Counted from the first letter of the stretch, positions 12,901-23,263 are shown. The stretch is DNA of 64,000 bases from Heteronotia binoei (GCF_032191835.1 NC_083237.1:40176001-40240000), one strand, 5' to 3'. Translations and numbers: made by a program. Notes: a model not told the origin generated them from the letters alone.

Positions 12901-13968
12901 TGAGGCAGCTTATACTGGCCATCTGGACCTATCCTGAGATTCTTCCTAAATCATTCCTATGGGCTTTTACCTAATATTTTAACATTCTAACATGAAATTT
13001 AAAATTCATAATGTGCCACTAAATATTTTCTTGATGACCAGTCAGTGCTGACTTGATTTAACTCTGCTTTGGTGAAGTTATTCCCACAACAATTGATTAT
13101 TATACGATTCCATTATTATTATTGGAAACAAGCTATCTAGAGGATTGTCAAACTTTTTTGTATTTCAACACCTGAGTACATACTGCATTATGAATGTGCC
13201 AGATGTAAATATGTAACTGGAGCACTAAAACAAGAAAGCATGTTTTATGTTTATATGCTACTCAAGTGTTAAGTAACTGACTCAAAGAGTCATAACTAAC
13301 CCTGTAACAGTTTATTTTTTTTCAAAGACTTCCATTCTATTAGGAAAGAAGTAACTGGGCTTTGCTGTTGTTGTTTTTATTTCCACAGCAATGGAGAACC
13401 GAACTGAAGTGCATGAATTCATTCTCCTGGGTCTTACACATGAACACAGAGAGCAGTACACTTTCTTTGTGATGTTTCTTCTTCTCTACCGGGCCAGTTT
13501 GCTGGGGAATGGAGCCATTGCCCCCCCAGGCAGAATAACGAGACAAACACCGGATTGGATTAAAGGGCCACTTTATTAAACTTAACGGCAAGGGCAAAAC
13601 ATGGGGACAGATCAAGCCAGGGGTCAACCCGACCACCTCCTTGACCTGAAACTGGGCGAGCCCCCAGAGCCCCGGGTATGAGCCAACCCAACGGCTCAGA
13701 CCCAGCCGGCGCGGCAACATGATCACCGCTCACCTGAGCTCCGCCATCCCCACAGCCGTGCAGCCTGGGATGCGGACACTCTCCGCGTGCCGGGATCCCA
13801 TAGACTCCCTGGAGCCAACCTTGGGCCGTACAGCTTAACGGTCCCCCAGGGAAGCCATGCACCAAAATGGCGCGATGCTACGGGAGCTCACCAATCCCCA
13901 AAACATAATCCCAACCACAAACTGCCACGGACAGCGCCAAGCCTCTGCTTAGGCCGCTGTACCCCAAA

Positions 13969-14545
13969 CTATAACACCCGAACAAGCCCTTGCCGTAAGT
14001 CGGCTAAAAATAGCTCATTGCCCTTCTCTGACAGATGGACCCCATCCTCTCTGTACAATTCCGGCATATTAGATTGAATAAAAGGATGGGGCATGTAACC
14101 TCCGAGACCACCACAGAGGGATTTGTGCAAAGCCCTGTTGGCTTTTATCCTGGCGCGCTCCAAACCAGCTGGGTCCCAACTGGTCCGCCAAACGCGGCGC
14201 GGCAGCATGGCCGACCATATGATAAGGACACCAGGCCACCTATTGCCGATCAAAGCCAGATCCGACTGAGCCTGAATCGAAAGGGCCTTCCCCTTCATCA
14301 GACCCAAGTCGTTCTCCCCCAAATGTATTACCAAAATCTGTGGAGGAGGGCCACCCCGGTCCCTGAACAAAAGGGGGAGGAGTCCAGGCCACCTCATACC
14401 ACGGCGGCCCTGCCATGTAATTACAGCTCTGTCGCTCAGGCCCAGCTGCAAACCGGTCGGCGTCCGTCGGGCCTGATGTGCCGCCCAAACACAATGCTGT
14501 GGCCGCATATAAGGATCCGTTTCCTCTCGTCGCCAGCCACAGCAC
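13969..14545 (-). CDS. SGNH/GDSL-like hydrolase (esterase) exon of the YR element; one 1-bp deletion
   Basis: Blocks RILICGHS, LVIHLGENDLG and DGVHLSEKGN. It is preceded by a polypyrimidine tract and AG at 14561-14546. Confidence 0.85.
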
Positions 14546-14638
14546 CTAGAAGAAAAAACTATTAGAACTGCTGAACTAGGGATGAATAACATAACCAGCC
14601 TCAAACATTCCCCGTGGTATCGGTGTAGGAAGACCATC

Positions 14639-15539
14639 CTAAGACCGCAAAGGCCGAATATAAGCACGGTAAGCCCCAGACTTCCAACGCCCCAGTTGAC
14701 GAATGTCCTCTCCTCCATAGCCCAACGCTGCGGCTGTGGAAGCTGCACCGATTCTGAAGGAATGGGTACCAAATTTGCGACCCCCGAGGCCCAAATGTTT
14801 CAAAGCTCTACTCGTGATGGCTCAAAATTGGTACTTCGTCAAAGGTGCCTCATTGACATGGCGGAAAAAGGGGCCGTCCAATGATCCACGCCATTCAATG
14901 TAATGCTTGATTGCAGCCACTGGGCATAACTTACGCTCCGCACAAGTTCCGACCGTCATTGTGCAGCCGTGTCTTTGAACGGCGGACCCGGAACGCCACC
15001 CGGTCGCTGAATAAACTAACATCTTTAAACTGCAGGCCCCTTGCAGAAACATCATTGCGGGAGAGTGTTACCAGCTCCGGTACTCTAAAGGCCCCAAAAA
15101 AGGCCGTCAATGCGGCACCGTGGAAGAGTGCCTCCTCATAAGCTGACCCACAAACAAGAGCCCAAGAGGCATGAAGCCCCCTGAGGATAGATGGCGAGAT
15201 AGGTTGCCTACCATCAACCCGGGGTCCAGATTCACGGGACCAACCTTCCAGCATTTTTTGTATGCAAAAATCCTTAGTCGCATCGCCATGCCCTCTGGCG
15301 TTGCTCGTAAAAGCCAGTGCCGCCAGCTGGCCCCGAATAGATTTCACTGAAAGACCCCTTTGCTTCTGATGCACACAAAACTGTAACAACTGCTCAACAG
15401 GAATGGGCCACACCTCAGGTAATCCTGCCCCCTTTCTGAAAACCAAAAACTGGCTAGCCGCCCGGTCATACGACCTTTGAGTGCTGGGCGCTATGGCAAG
15501 ATGGATTGCCCGGCTCACTTCTTCCCTCCAATCTGCCAT
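14639..15539 (-). pseudogene. Tyrosine recombinase of the YR element (frameshift plus nonsense codon)
   Basis: MADWREEV…AFFGAFRVPEL…RRSKT, then in another frame LCPVAA…F*AITSRAL…GTHSFRIGAAS…GRWKSGAYRAYIR, giving the R…HxxR…W…Y catalytic set. Confidence 0.9.
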
Positions 15540-15582
15540 AATTCCGCCGGGATGCGCTCGGGCAACAGGTCGGCCTCCGGGG

Positions 15583-17312
15583 CTAATTGACGGAAACGGT
15601 CCATCTGTTGGCGAGACAGAGCATCCGCCACCCATTACAAGTGCCAGGAATGTGCTTAGCCAAAAACAAGATATTCAGTTTTAAACAGCATAACGTAAAC
15701 GCCCCAACAAGCCGCATGTCCGTGGGGGACTTGGATGTCAAACTGTTAACAACATGAACAACAGCCATGTTGTCGCACCAGAAGTGCACTGAGCAATTGG
15801 CCAAAGCCTCACCCCAAAGAAAAATGGCAATGACAATCGGAAAGAATTCAAGGAACGTAAAGTTCTGGCACAACTCGGAACCCAACCAATCCTGCGGCCA
15901 TCGCTCAGCACACCAGTGCCCCCGGAAATAGACCCCGAAACCAATGGAACCGGTGGCATCTGAAACTATCTGTAACTCGGCCTCAAGCTGCATATCCGCA
16001 CCCCAGAAAGAAATGCCGTTGAAGTCCTTTAAGAATGTTTCCCAGACCGCAAGGTCCTCTTGCATCTCCCTCGTAACACGGGTAAAATGATGCGGCAAGC
16101 GCAGGTTGGCCATTCCGTCGCAGAATTGCCTCAAAAAGGCCCTGCCCAGAGCCACTACCTTACAAGTGAAGTTCAAATGACCCACCAGCTGCTGTAGCTC
16201 CAATAAGGTGACCTTACGCTTAACCAACACCGCTCGGACCTGTGTTAACAGGCTAACTGGCTTGTCCTTGGGCAGCCTTGAAAACTGACGCACCGTATCC
16301 AACTCGATGCCCAAAAAGGTAAGAACCGTAGTTGGGCCCTCGGTTTTTTCCGCAGCCAACGGTACTCCCAATTCCTCAGTTAAATCCACGAAGGCCGTTA
16401 ACAACGAAAGGCACTGCCCGGAACCCGCGGGGCCCACGAAAAGGAAATCATCTAAATACTGAGCCGTGTCCTGTATCCCCATTCTAAAATGCAATGCCCA
16501 TTCCAAAAAAGTGCTAAAACGCTCAAACGCGGCGTAGGAAACTGAACACCCCATAGGCAGTGCCCTATCAACATAATAACTCCCTTCGAAAGCACAACCT
16601 AACAATTCAAAGTCCCCGGGGTGAACTGGGAGAAGGCGAAAAGCCGATTTTATATCGCACTTCGCCAACTCAGCACCCCTCCCACACCGGCGAACTATCT
16701 GTACTGGTCAAAAGAAGTAAATTTCACCGAACAAAGCTCAGCCGGGATTGCATCATTCACAGATCGACCCCTGGGATAAGAAAGATGGTGAATTAACCGA
16801 TATTCACCTGCTGCCTTCTTAGGAACCACTCCCAAGGGGGATACCCTCAAGTTCGGTAGAGGGGGGGACTTAAACGGGCCTAATACCCTACCTTCAACAC
16901 ACTCTTTTCTGATCTTCTCCCTCATGATGCGCTCAAAACCCTTAACCGAACGCAAATTAGCGGAAAAGAACGGGGTCCGGGGACCTTGATATGGGATTCT
17001 GAAACCAAATAAGAACCCCTCGAACAGGTAATGCGCGTCGTTCGAATGAGGATAAACATGTAACAACTGCCTAAGAACCCTCAGCCGAATGGGGCTGGGA
17101 CCCTTTTGAAGGGTGCTGCTGAGGCCCGCCGCCTGTCCGCTTATTAGGCCACCTTTGTTTGGACCTGGTACAGGCAGTGAAGGCGTGAGGGCCTCCACAA
17201 ATCGGGAACTCGTGCTTATACTTACAGGCCTTCCTGGCGCACGAGCCTTGGGAGGTGAACTCCCAGCAAAGCAGCCGTGGCTGAACCGACTACCCCGCGG
17301 CTGCGCGGGCAC
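15583..17312 (-). pseudogene. DIRS/Ngaro-type reverse transcriptase and RNase H (frameshifted)
   Basis: SPLGVVPKK…YRLIHHLSYP, KCDIKSAFRLLP, LPMGCS, YLDDFL, FLGIELD, SDATGSIGFG, LEFFPI and FWCDNMAVV. There are frame breaks near 16700 and 15625. Confidence 0.9.
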
Positions 17313-18580
17313 CAGTAAAATTTGTTGTCAATGTCTTTTGAATCAAATGGCCGCTATCAGATCGCTTCCCTGCATTTGGTTTTGCGGGCGCCATAAGCTG
17401 CAGCCAAAGCTGCTGGTTAATCTGATTCCACTGGAGACAAGGATTAACTGCCACCCGCATACGGAACTGTTTGTCGTACTGGAGCCACGCCCCACCAGCA
17501 AAGTCATTATATGCCCTGTATATAATGTCGCAGTACTGGAACAACGGTGCTGCTCTCCATGGTTGGGCCCTAGCGATAACGCCCGCATAAATGAGGAAAC
17601 CGGGCAGCCAATTTGCCCATGTTCTATCTACTTTCCAACGCTTGAGCTTCTCTGTCTTTTTCGTCAAGCTCGTCCTTTGATTTCTTTTCCAATTGCCTAT
17701 ACAGAAGGCTAAATACATCTACATATTCACCTTTAAGGATTTTCTCCCTAGTCGCGGCGGTAAGATGGTCGCCTAAGGGCATGGCAGGGTCCCCAAAAGG
17801 CAAAGCATGAAATTCCAATGCACTGTAAGGAACTGGTGGATGGGATGGGAACCCCCAGAAACCCACCTGCTGCGCAGCCCACGGTAAAGACGTGGACGGG
17901 GACTGCTGCCATCCCCAAGGTAACACACCCGTCGCCAGCCCCTGACCACCGGCCCCGAGGCCGGCTCCATAACCACTGCTCCCTGGGGCTAGACCCCAAG
18001 GTACCCAAGAACTTTCAGAAACTGGAGTCGAAGATGAAGTACCAGCCTGTGACAGGAAACCCGGGGCTGCCTGCTGCCCCATAAGTGGCACCGCCCCCAA
18101 ATAGTTGGCCCCTACCGCCTGGGTTCCTCCCACCGGCCTGGAACCCGATGCTACATTGGGCCCCCAAGGGCCCCATGGCCATGCCACTCCCTGCTGCGGT
18201 GCAGGTAACTTACCTTCGCTCACCGGCGGCACCACCACCACAGCCTCGGGTTCCTCCCTCTGTTCGTCCTCTAGCGGCACTCCCTCGTTCGTCACACCAC
18301 TGTTTCCTTCTGCTCCCTGCAACACAGAAAGCCGGGCCAGCACCTCCTTCTGAAAGGAGATGGTGGCTGCCCTACCTGACCCTAAAAGATTTGTGACCCT
18401 CCTAGAAGGGCCAGCCACTCCCCTTGCCTCCTCCAAGGCTGCCAATTGGTCCATAATGGCTTGCCTGGTTTGGGCCTCCTCCCCTTCCTCAGGCGGGGGA
18501 AGTTCTGGGGGCGGTGTTTTTGAAGGTCGCTTTGCGGGCTGCTTGCCCTTTTTGTTGCCTTGGCCCTTCTTAGGCCCCAT
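17290..18580 (-). pseudogene. Gag-like ORF1 of the YR element (one frameshift near 17660)
   Basis: MGPKK start, PLGDHL…REKILKGEYVDVFSLL and WLQYDKQFRMR, followed by a region overlapping the pol ORF. It is homologous to 34034-34950. Confidence 0.8.
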
Positions 18581-19528
18581 TTTTTTATATACTATACGCC
18601 TTATGAGCCCCACCCTGGGCGGATCAGTAAGGTATGCATGTGGGTTTTACGGGGGGGGGGGGGGTACCACAAAGCGCCACCCTCCACTAACCTTTCAATA
18701 AGGGCACCTACACCAGCCAAGGCTAAGTCCAGGCCTCTGTCTCAACCCCCCACGACCCCTTCAACAGGCTCGCCGGCCTGCCCCCTTCTATCTGGCCTGA
18801 CAAAGGTCCTAAGGAACAGTAATGGGGTGGGTGTGGGGTTTGATGCCTAAATGAAATAAAAAATGCTCCTCAGGGACCCACACTGCCTCCCCGCCGCAAC
18901 CGCCGCGGCCTTCGTGGGGTGTCTTCCTCCACCCACAACCCTTCCCTACACGGCCCGCCAGCCTGCCCCTTTCAATCTGGCATGCCCAAGGCCTTAAGGA
19001 GCCAGGAGGGGAGGGGGGAGAGAAGGGCTGAATCAGTCGAAAGGCCCAGAAAGTCCTCGCGGCCTCACAAAACACAACCTCCAAGGCCCGTCCTCGTGGC
19101 CGGCTACACAAACCGCCTGCGCCCAAAAAGACGCCTGCAGCCGCCCCAGCTGCAAATACAGCCTCACAAAGCTTCTCTCACAATGACGCCCGGGCTGCCG
19201 ACGGCCGAAAGCCGTAATGCGTCCTCAAAGCCGATGCCGACGACGCCTCCCGGCTCAGAGGTTCCCGTGACGCTTCGCTCTCCCAGGCCCGCAGTCAGCT
19301 CCGGTAAGGTGCGACTGACCAGGCCGAGAGCAAAATCAAACTGTGTATGAGGGGGTGGGAGTGGCCTCTTAAGGCCGCTCCTTGCCCCCTCCCCCATGGG
19401 ACAAGACCATTGCCTCGCATCCACGCGGGGAGGCAATGGGCGGCCCCCAGCCTCAGCGGTCGATGGACCGCCCGGCTGGGAAGGGGCCGAATTCTGACTG
19501 TAGCTATAGCTGAGCCTCGACTCCATAC

Positions 19529-19924
19529 TGTCGGTGCGGGAGTTAGCAGAGTGAGCTTGGTGACCTGCCCGACACAGGGCTCCAGGAAAGAAATCAGCCA
19601 GACACCTGCAACTAGTGCCAAAATAGTGTATTTACAGAAATATACAATAAGTGCTCACTAGTGCAGTCCAATATCTTACTCCAACAGACAAAGTGCTCCG
19701 CCTACACACCAACTCTCAGAGAGAGCTGTGTGGTCCACACACAGTCTTCTTATAGTTCTACCAGCCAATCCTGGCTGGGCACTGTCATGCTGACTCAGCA
19801 GGTTTCTTCTCTTGGCTTCTGCCGGCCTGCTGATAAGGTCATTGTGACCTAGCATGCCTGCTAGATCACCAGCTGTCAAAGCATAGCTGTCAGACTGGGT
19901 TTACATAGATTCATTACACCAACA
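19529..19924 (-). repeat. Copia 3' LTR (396 bp)
   Basis: Direct repeat of 22855-23263. Confidence 0.95.
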
Positions 19925-19940
19925 CACCTCCTAATCTATT
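19925..19940 (-). other. Polypurine tract
   Basis: Minus strand AATAGATTAGGAGGTG abuts the 3' LTR. Confidence 0.75.
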
Positions 19941-20024
19941 GAACCCAGTACACCCAACCACTGTACACAGTTTTCATGTTCACTTGCAGTCAGTAACATA
20001 CATTTCATATTTACACATTTGTAA

Positions 20025-22676
20025 TTACCAGTCCAGGCACTCGTCTTGGTGATAAAAAATATCATCACTGTCCTGGTCAGCCAGCTCCTTCTGGCGTTTG
20101 GCTTCAGCCTCCCTGTTCTTTGCCTCGCACTCTGCCACCCAGGCCTTCCACTTCTTAGCCTTTTCTTTCAGCATTCCTCCAAACCCAGGTGGGTCTGGTT
20201 TAACTGTCAGAGTGACATAGGGCACCTTATACCTGGCAGGAGGTTTGCCTTTTGTGGTTCTAGCAGACACCCATGGCTCTGTGCTAGGACCGGCCTTATC
20301 TTCTTCAGGCTGATCTGTTCCCACCTCCTGGGCTGGTTGTTCTGCCCCTGTGGTTAGAGGTTGCACCTCCTGACTTTCACACTCCACCTCCTGACCCTCT
20401 ATCTCAGGCTCTGAACCACCTTGGAGCTCACGTTTCTCTGAGCCTCTGCTTGCCAGTTCCCGGTCGGGAGAATGTTCCTGCTTAATTACCTCTGGCAGGA
20501 CTCCAGCACCGTTATCAGTTGCTGGCAGCAGTACAAATTGTTTCTTCGGGGAGTGTAATCTTGCCCAGCTGGACTCCTCATTAAACTGGGCAGTTTCACT
20601 AAGGATTATTTTCTTTCTCTTATCGCAGAAGCGATAACACCTGGCTTCTGGCTTGTAGCCCAGAAAAGTCAGGCTCTCTGCCCGGACATCCCCCTCCCTG
20701 CTGCTCTCGGAGGGGACGCCAACCCGAGCCTGTGTCCCAAAGACTCTCAAAAATTTTAAATCTGGACACTTGTTATACAGCTTCCTATAGGGCAAATCAT
20801 TTACAGGTTTACACCAAACACGATTATGCACAAACACAGCACAGTACATAGCCTCAGCCCAATTGCAAATTGGCAACCTTGCATCTTCAAGCATGCTGTA
20901 CATTATCGTTTGCAACACAGCTCCTGTGCGCTCTGCTAGCCCATATTCTTTCCCATTTTCTTGGGGCGTGGCTGGGTTCACTAAACGGTGGGCAATGCCC
21001 TTGTTCTCCAGCCAACATTTCAATTCATTTGATAAGAATTCCCCCCCTCTGTCGGTCTGAATAGCCAGGAGGTTTACACCTAATTGCCTCTCAACTGCTT
21101 TGACCCATTTTATGAATGTCTTGTACACTGCAGATTTCTGTACCATAGCAAAGACCCAAGAGTACCTCGTGTGGTCGTCTGTGGCCACTAAGCAGTACCT
21201 CCTCCCCGACAGACTTTTTGGCAATGGGCCAATCACGTCTAAGTGAACTAGCTCTAGGGCACGCTCACTTTCTCTCGTGCTCTCCTTAGAAACAGCGCAT
21301 GCCCTGCTTTTGGTCTTCTTGCAGACCTGACAATTCAAGTAACATTTGCAAGGTTTCACTTTTAGACTAGGCACCAACTCCAGGGTTTTTTTCAACGCTC
21401 TAAACCCGCAGTGCCCCAGTCTCTGGTGAAGTAAATGTATACACTTATTGTGCACAGGCTCATTTGACACCTGTGCCACCTGGGCACATTCATTCTGGAC
21501 CACATATATTTTACCTTCTCTTTTTCCAGTTACAAGCAACTTTCCCCCACCTCCCAGGATTTTACAGCAGGTCCTTTCAAACCTCACCCGGTATCCCTGG
21601 TCAATTAGCGTGCTAACACTTAGCAGGTTTGACTGTAGTGAGGGTACACATAACACATTTTGCAAAGTGCAATTTAACACAGGAAATTTCACATTGCCTG
21701 AGCAAGTAGCATTGGCAGTGGTCCCGTTAGCTAATCTAACATGCCTGTGTTCAGGAATGTCAATATTGTTCAACAACTCCTTCTTGCAGCAGAGATGGCT
21801 CGTTGCCCCAGAGTCTAAAATCCAGGCAGACCCTGTGCTCTCTACTGCAGACGTGACCAGCCGGGCTCCTTCCTCACACGGGCTGGTGGTCCTCCGCTCT
21901 CGCTGCCTCCATCCACACCGCTTCCCCCTCTCTGGGCAAGCTCGAAGCAGGTGCTGTGACGACCCACAGCCATAGCAGCGTCGGACTGCCATTGCAGTCG
22001 GCTCCTCTTTCTCAGCCTTTGGACGTTTGCCAGCAGCAAAAGCTGGCTCACTCTTGGCTGTCTTCCCGGACGAGCCGATAGCCGCACGCTCCTGGGCCGA
22101 CACCCCCGGACAGCTCACTGCCGCAATCCTCTCTTGGAAATCAAGCAGGTGGGCACAGACGTACTCCATCGTCAGGGTCGCTACGTCCACTGTCTCCAGG
22201 GAAGTTATCAAGGGAGTAAACTCAGGCGGCAACGATGACAGTAAAATGTAAACGCGGTCATCGGGAGCTACAGTCTTGCCTCTGGCCTCAAGCTCAACGA
22301 AACAGTCCGTTAGCTTCTTGATGTGGTCTTTCACACACCCTCCAGCTGGCATAACGGTGCGAAACATTTTCCTAGTCAAGGCCATGAGGGAGCCAGCAGT
22401 GGTACTAACATGAACCCCACTGAGCGCGTCCCAGGCAGCCTTGGGAGTGTCCTTCCCATGCACATATACTAGCTGGTCATCTCCTATAGCCAGCACGATG
22501 TTTGCCAGTGCCTTATCGGCTAACACGGTCTGGGCAGGAGATAACGCTGCAGGGGGATTACTCACAAACAGCCATTGCCCTTCATGCTTGAGGTAGTGTT
22601 GCATTCTCAGGCTCCACACCGCGTAGTTGGCTGAGTTGAGCTTCTCAACGGGCACTGCAAGCTGCTGCTGAGCCAT
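20025..22676 (-). CDS. Copia Gag-protease-integrase polyprotein (883 aa), no RT
   Basis: KLNSANYAVW (copia Gag N-terminus), CCHC knuckle CYGCGSSQHLLRAC, protease WILDSGATSH, HHCC zinc motif, and integrase HLDVIGP…TDRGGEF…AER. No RT YVDD or RNase H catalytic motifs. Confidence 0.93.
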   Translation of the reverse strand: MAQQQLAVPVEKLNSANYAVWSLRMQHYLKHEGQWLFVSNPPAALSPAQTVLADKALANIVLAIGDDQLVYVHGKDTPKAAWDALSGVHVSTTAGSLMALTRKMFRTVMPAGGCVKDHIKKLTDCFVELEARGKTVAPDDRVYILLSSLPPEFTPLITSLETVDVATLTMEYVCAHLLDFQERIAAVSCPGVSAQERAAIGSSGKTAKSEPAFAAGKRPKAEKEEPTAMAVRRCYGCGSSQHLLRACPERGKRCGWRQRERRTTSPCEEGARLVTSAVESTGSAWILDSGATSHLCCKKELLNNIDIPEHRHVRLANGTTANATCSGNVKFPVLNCTLQNVLCVPSLQSNLLSVSTLIDQGYRVRFERTCCKILGGGGKLLVTGKREGKIYVVQNECAQVAQVSNEPVHNKCIHLLHQRLGHCGFRALKKTLELVPSLKVKPCKCYLNCQVCKKTKSRACAVSKESTRESERALELVHLDVIGPLPKSLSGRRYCLVATDDHTRYSWVFAMVQKSAVYKTFIKWVKAVERQLGVNLLAIQTDRGGEFLSNELKCWLENKGIAHRLVNPATPQENGKEYGLAERTGAVLQTIMYSMLEDARLPICNWAEAMYCAVFVHNRVWCKPVNDLPYRKLYNKCPDLKFLRVFGTQARVGVPSESSREGDVRAESLTFLGYKPEARCYRFCDKRKKIILSETAQFNEESSWARLHSPKKQFVLLPATDNGAGVLPEVIKQEHSPDRELASRGSEKRELQGGSEPEIEGQEVECESQEVQPLTTGAEQPAQEVGTDQPEEDKAGPSTEPWVSARTTKGKPPARYKVPYVTLTVKPDPPGFGGMLKEKAKKWKAWVAECEAKNREAEAKRQKELADQDSDDIFYHQDECLDW

Positions 22677-22840
22677 GATGCCAACTCCTCCACACAGCTG
22701 GCTGCCGTCGTCCCTCTGGCTCTCAAAATGAGATAGCTGGTGCTGCTTTGTCTTTCAACCGGCGTTCCTCGCCTCCGGCTCTTTCCAAACTCTCGGTCAG
22801 CTCAACTCTCACGGTGCTCCTCCGCGCAGCGGAACCGCCC

Positions 22841-22854
22841 TGGACCCATAACCC
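22841..22854 (-). other. Primer-binding site, copia-type (internal tRNA-iMet fragment)
   Basis: Minus strand GGGTTATGGGTCCA directly after the 5' LTR resembles the canonical copia PBS GGTTATGGGCCCAG. Confidence 0.8.
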
Positions 22855-23263
22855 TGTCGGTGCGGGAGTTAGCAGAGTGAGCTTGGTGACCTGCCCGACA
22901 CAGGGCTCCAGGAAAGAAATCAGCCAGACACCTGCAACTAGTGCCAAAATAGTGTATTTACAGATATATACAATAAGTGCTCACTAGTGCAGTCCAATAT
23001 CTTATTCCAACAGACAAAGTGCTCCGCCCTACACACCAGCTCTCAGAGAGAGACCTGTGTGGTCCACACACAGTCTTCTTATAGTTCTACCAGCCAATCC
23101 TGGCTGGGCACTGTCATGCTGACTCAGCAGGTTTCTTCTCTTGGCTTCTGCCGGCTCAAACCGGCCTGCTGATAAGGTCATTGTGACCTAGCATGCCTGC
23201 TAGATCACCAGCTGTCAAAGCATAGCTGTCAGACTGGGTTTACATAGATTCATTACACCAACA
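22855..23263 (-). repeat. Copia 5' LTR (409 bp)
   Basis: Direct repeat of 19529-19924. Confidence 0.95.

Larger units (their letters stand above)
8856..13519 (+). repeat. Tandem segmental duplication of about 113-5736 (OR promoter, intron and 5' CDS); the 3' flanks 8521-8800 and 24044-24310 are also homologous
   Basis: Collinear similarity by eye, for example 1600-1930 versus 10570-10900, 2600-3900 versus 11560-12870 and 5165-5736 versus 12945-13519, with unit-specific indels. Confidence 0.9.
13520..19490 (-). mobile_element. Ngaro-like tyrosine-recombinase retrotransposon, full length (about 5.97 kb), with disabling lesions
   Basis: Order gag, RT/RNase H, YR, SGNH hydrolase. Junctions gccATT|gcccc…ggggccga|ATTctg lie inside the OR exon. 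There are several frameshifts and one TGA. Confidence 0.9.
19529..23263 (-). mobile_element. Ty1/copia LTR retrotransposon, 3735 bp, lacking RT/RNase H
   Basis: 5-bp TSD CATAC (19524-19528 and 23264-23268). TG…CA LTRs at 19529-19924 and 22855-23263 differ by 3 substitutions and 3 indels. PBS and PPT are present, with a single Gag-PR-IN ORF. Confidence 0.95.

Noticed and set aside
13700-13716. Short complementarity (cccagccgg) between the 3' UTR and the 5' end of element 1 as a DIRS-type ICR
   Set aside because: Only about 9-13 bp in GC-rich sequence and not reproduced in the other copies.
13520-19490. Idea that this YR element is intact and its frameshifts are sequencing errors
   Set aside because: Two lesions are homopolymer-type, but there are also a 4-bp deletion in RT, a larger YR deletion, a gag frameshift and a TGG-to-TGA change; the copy is genuinely disabled.
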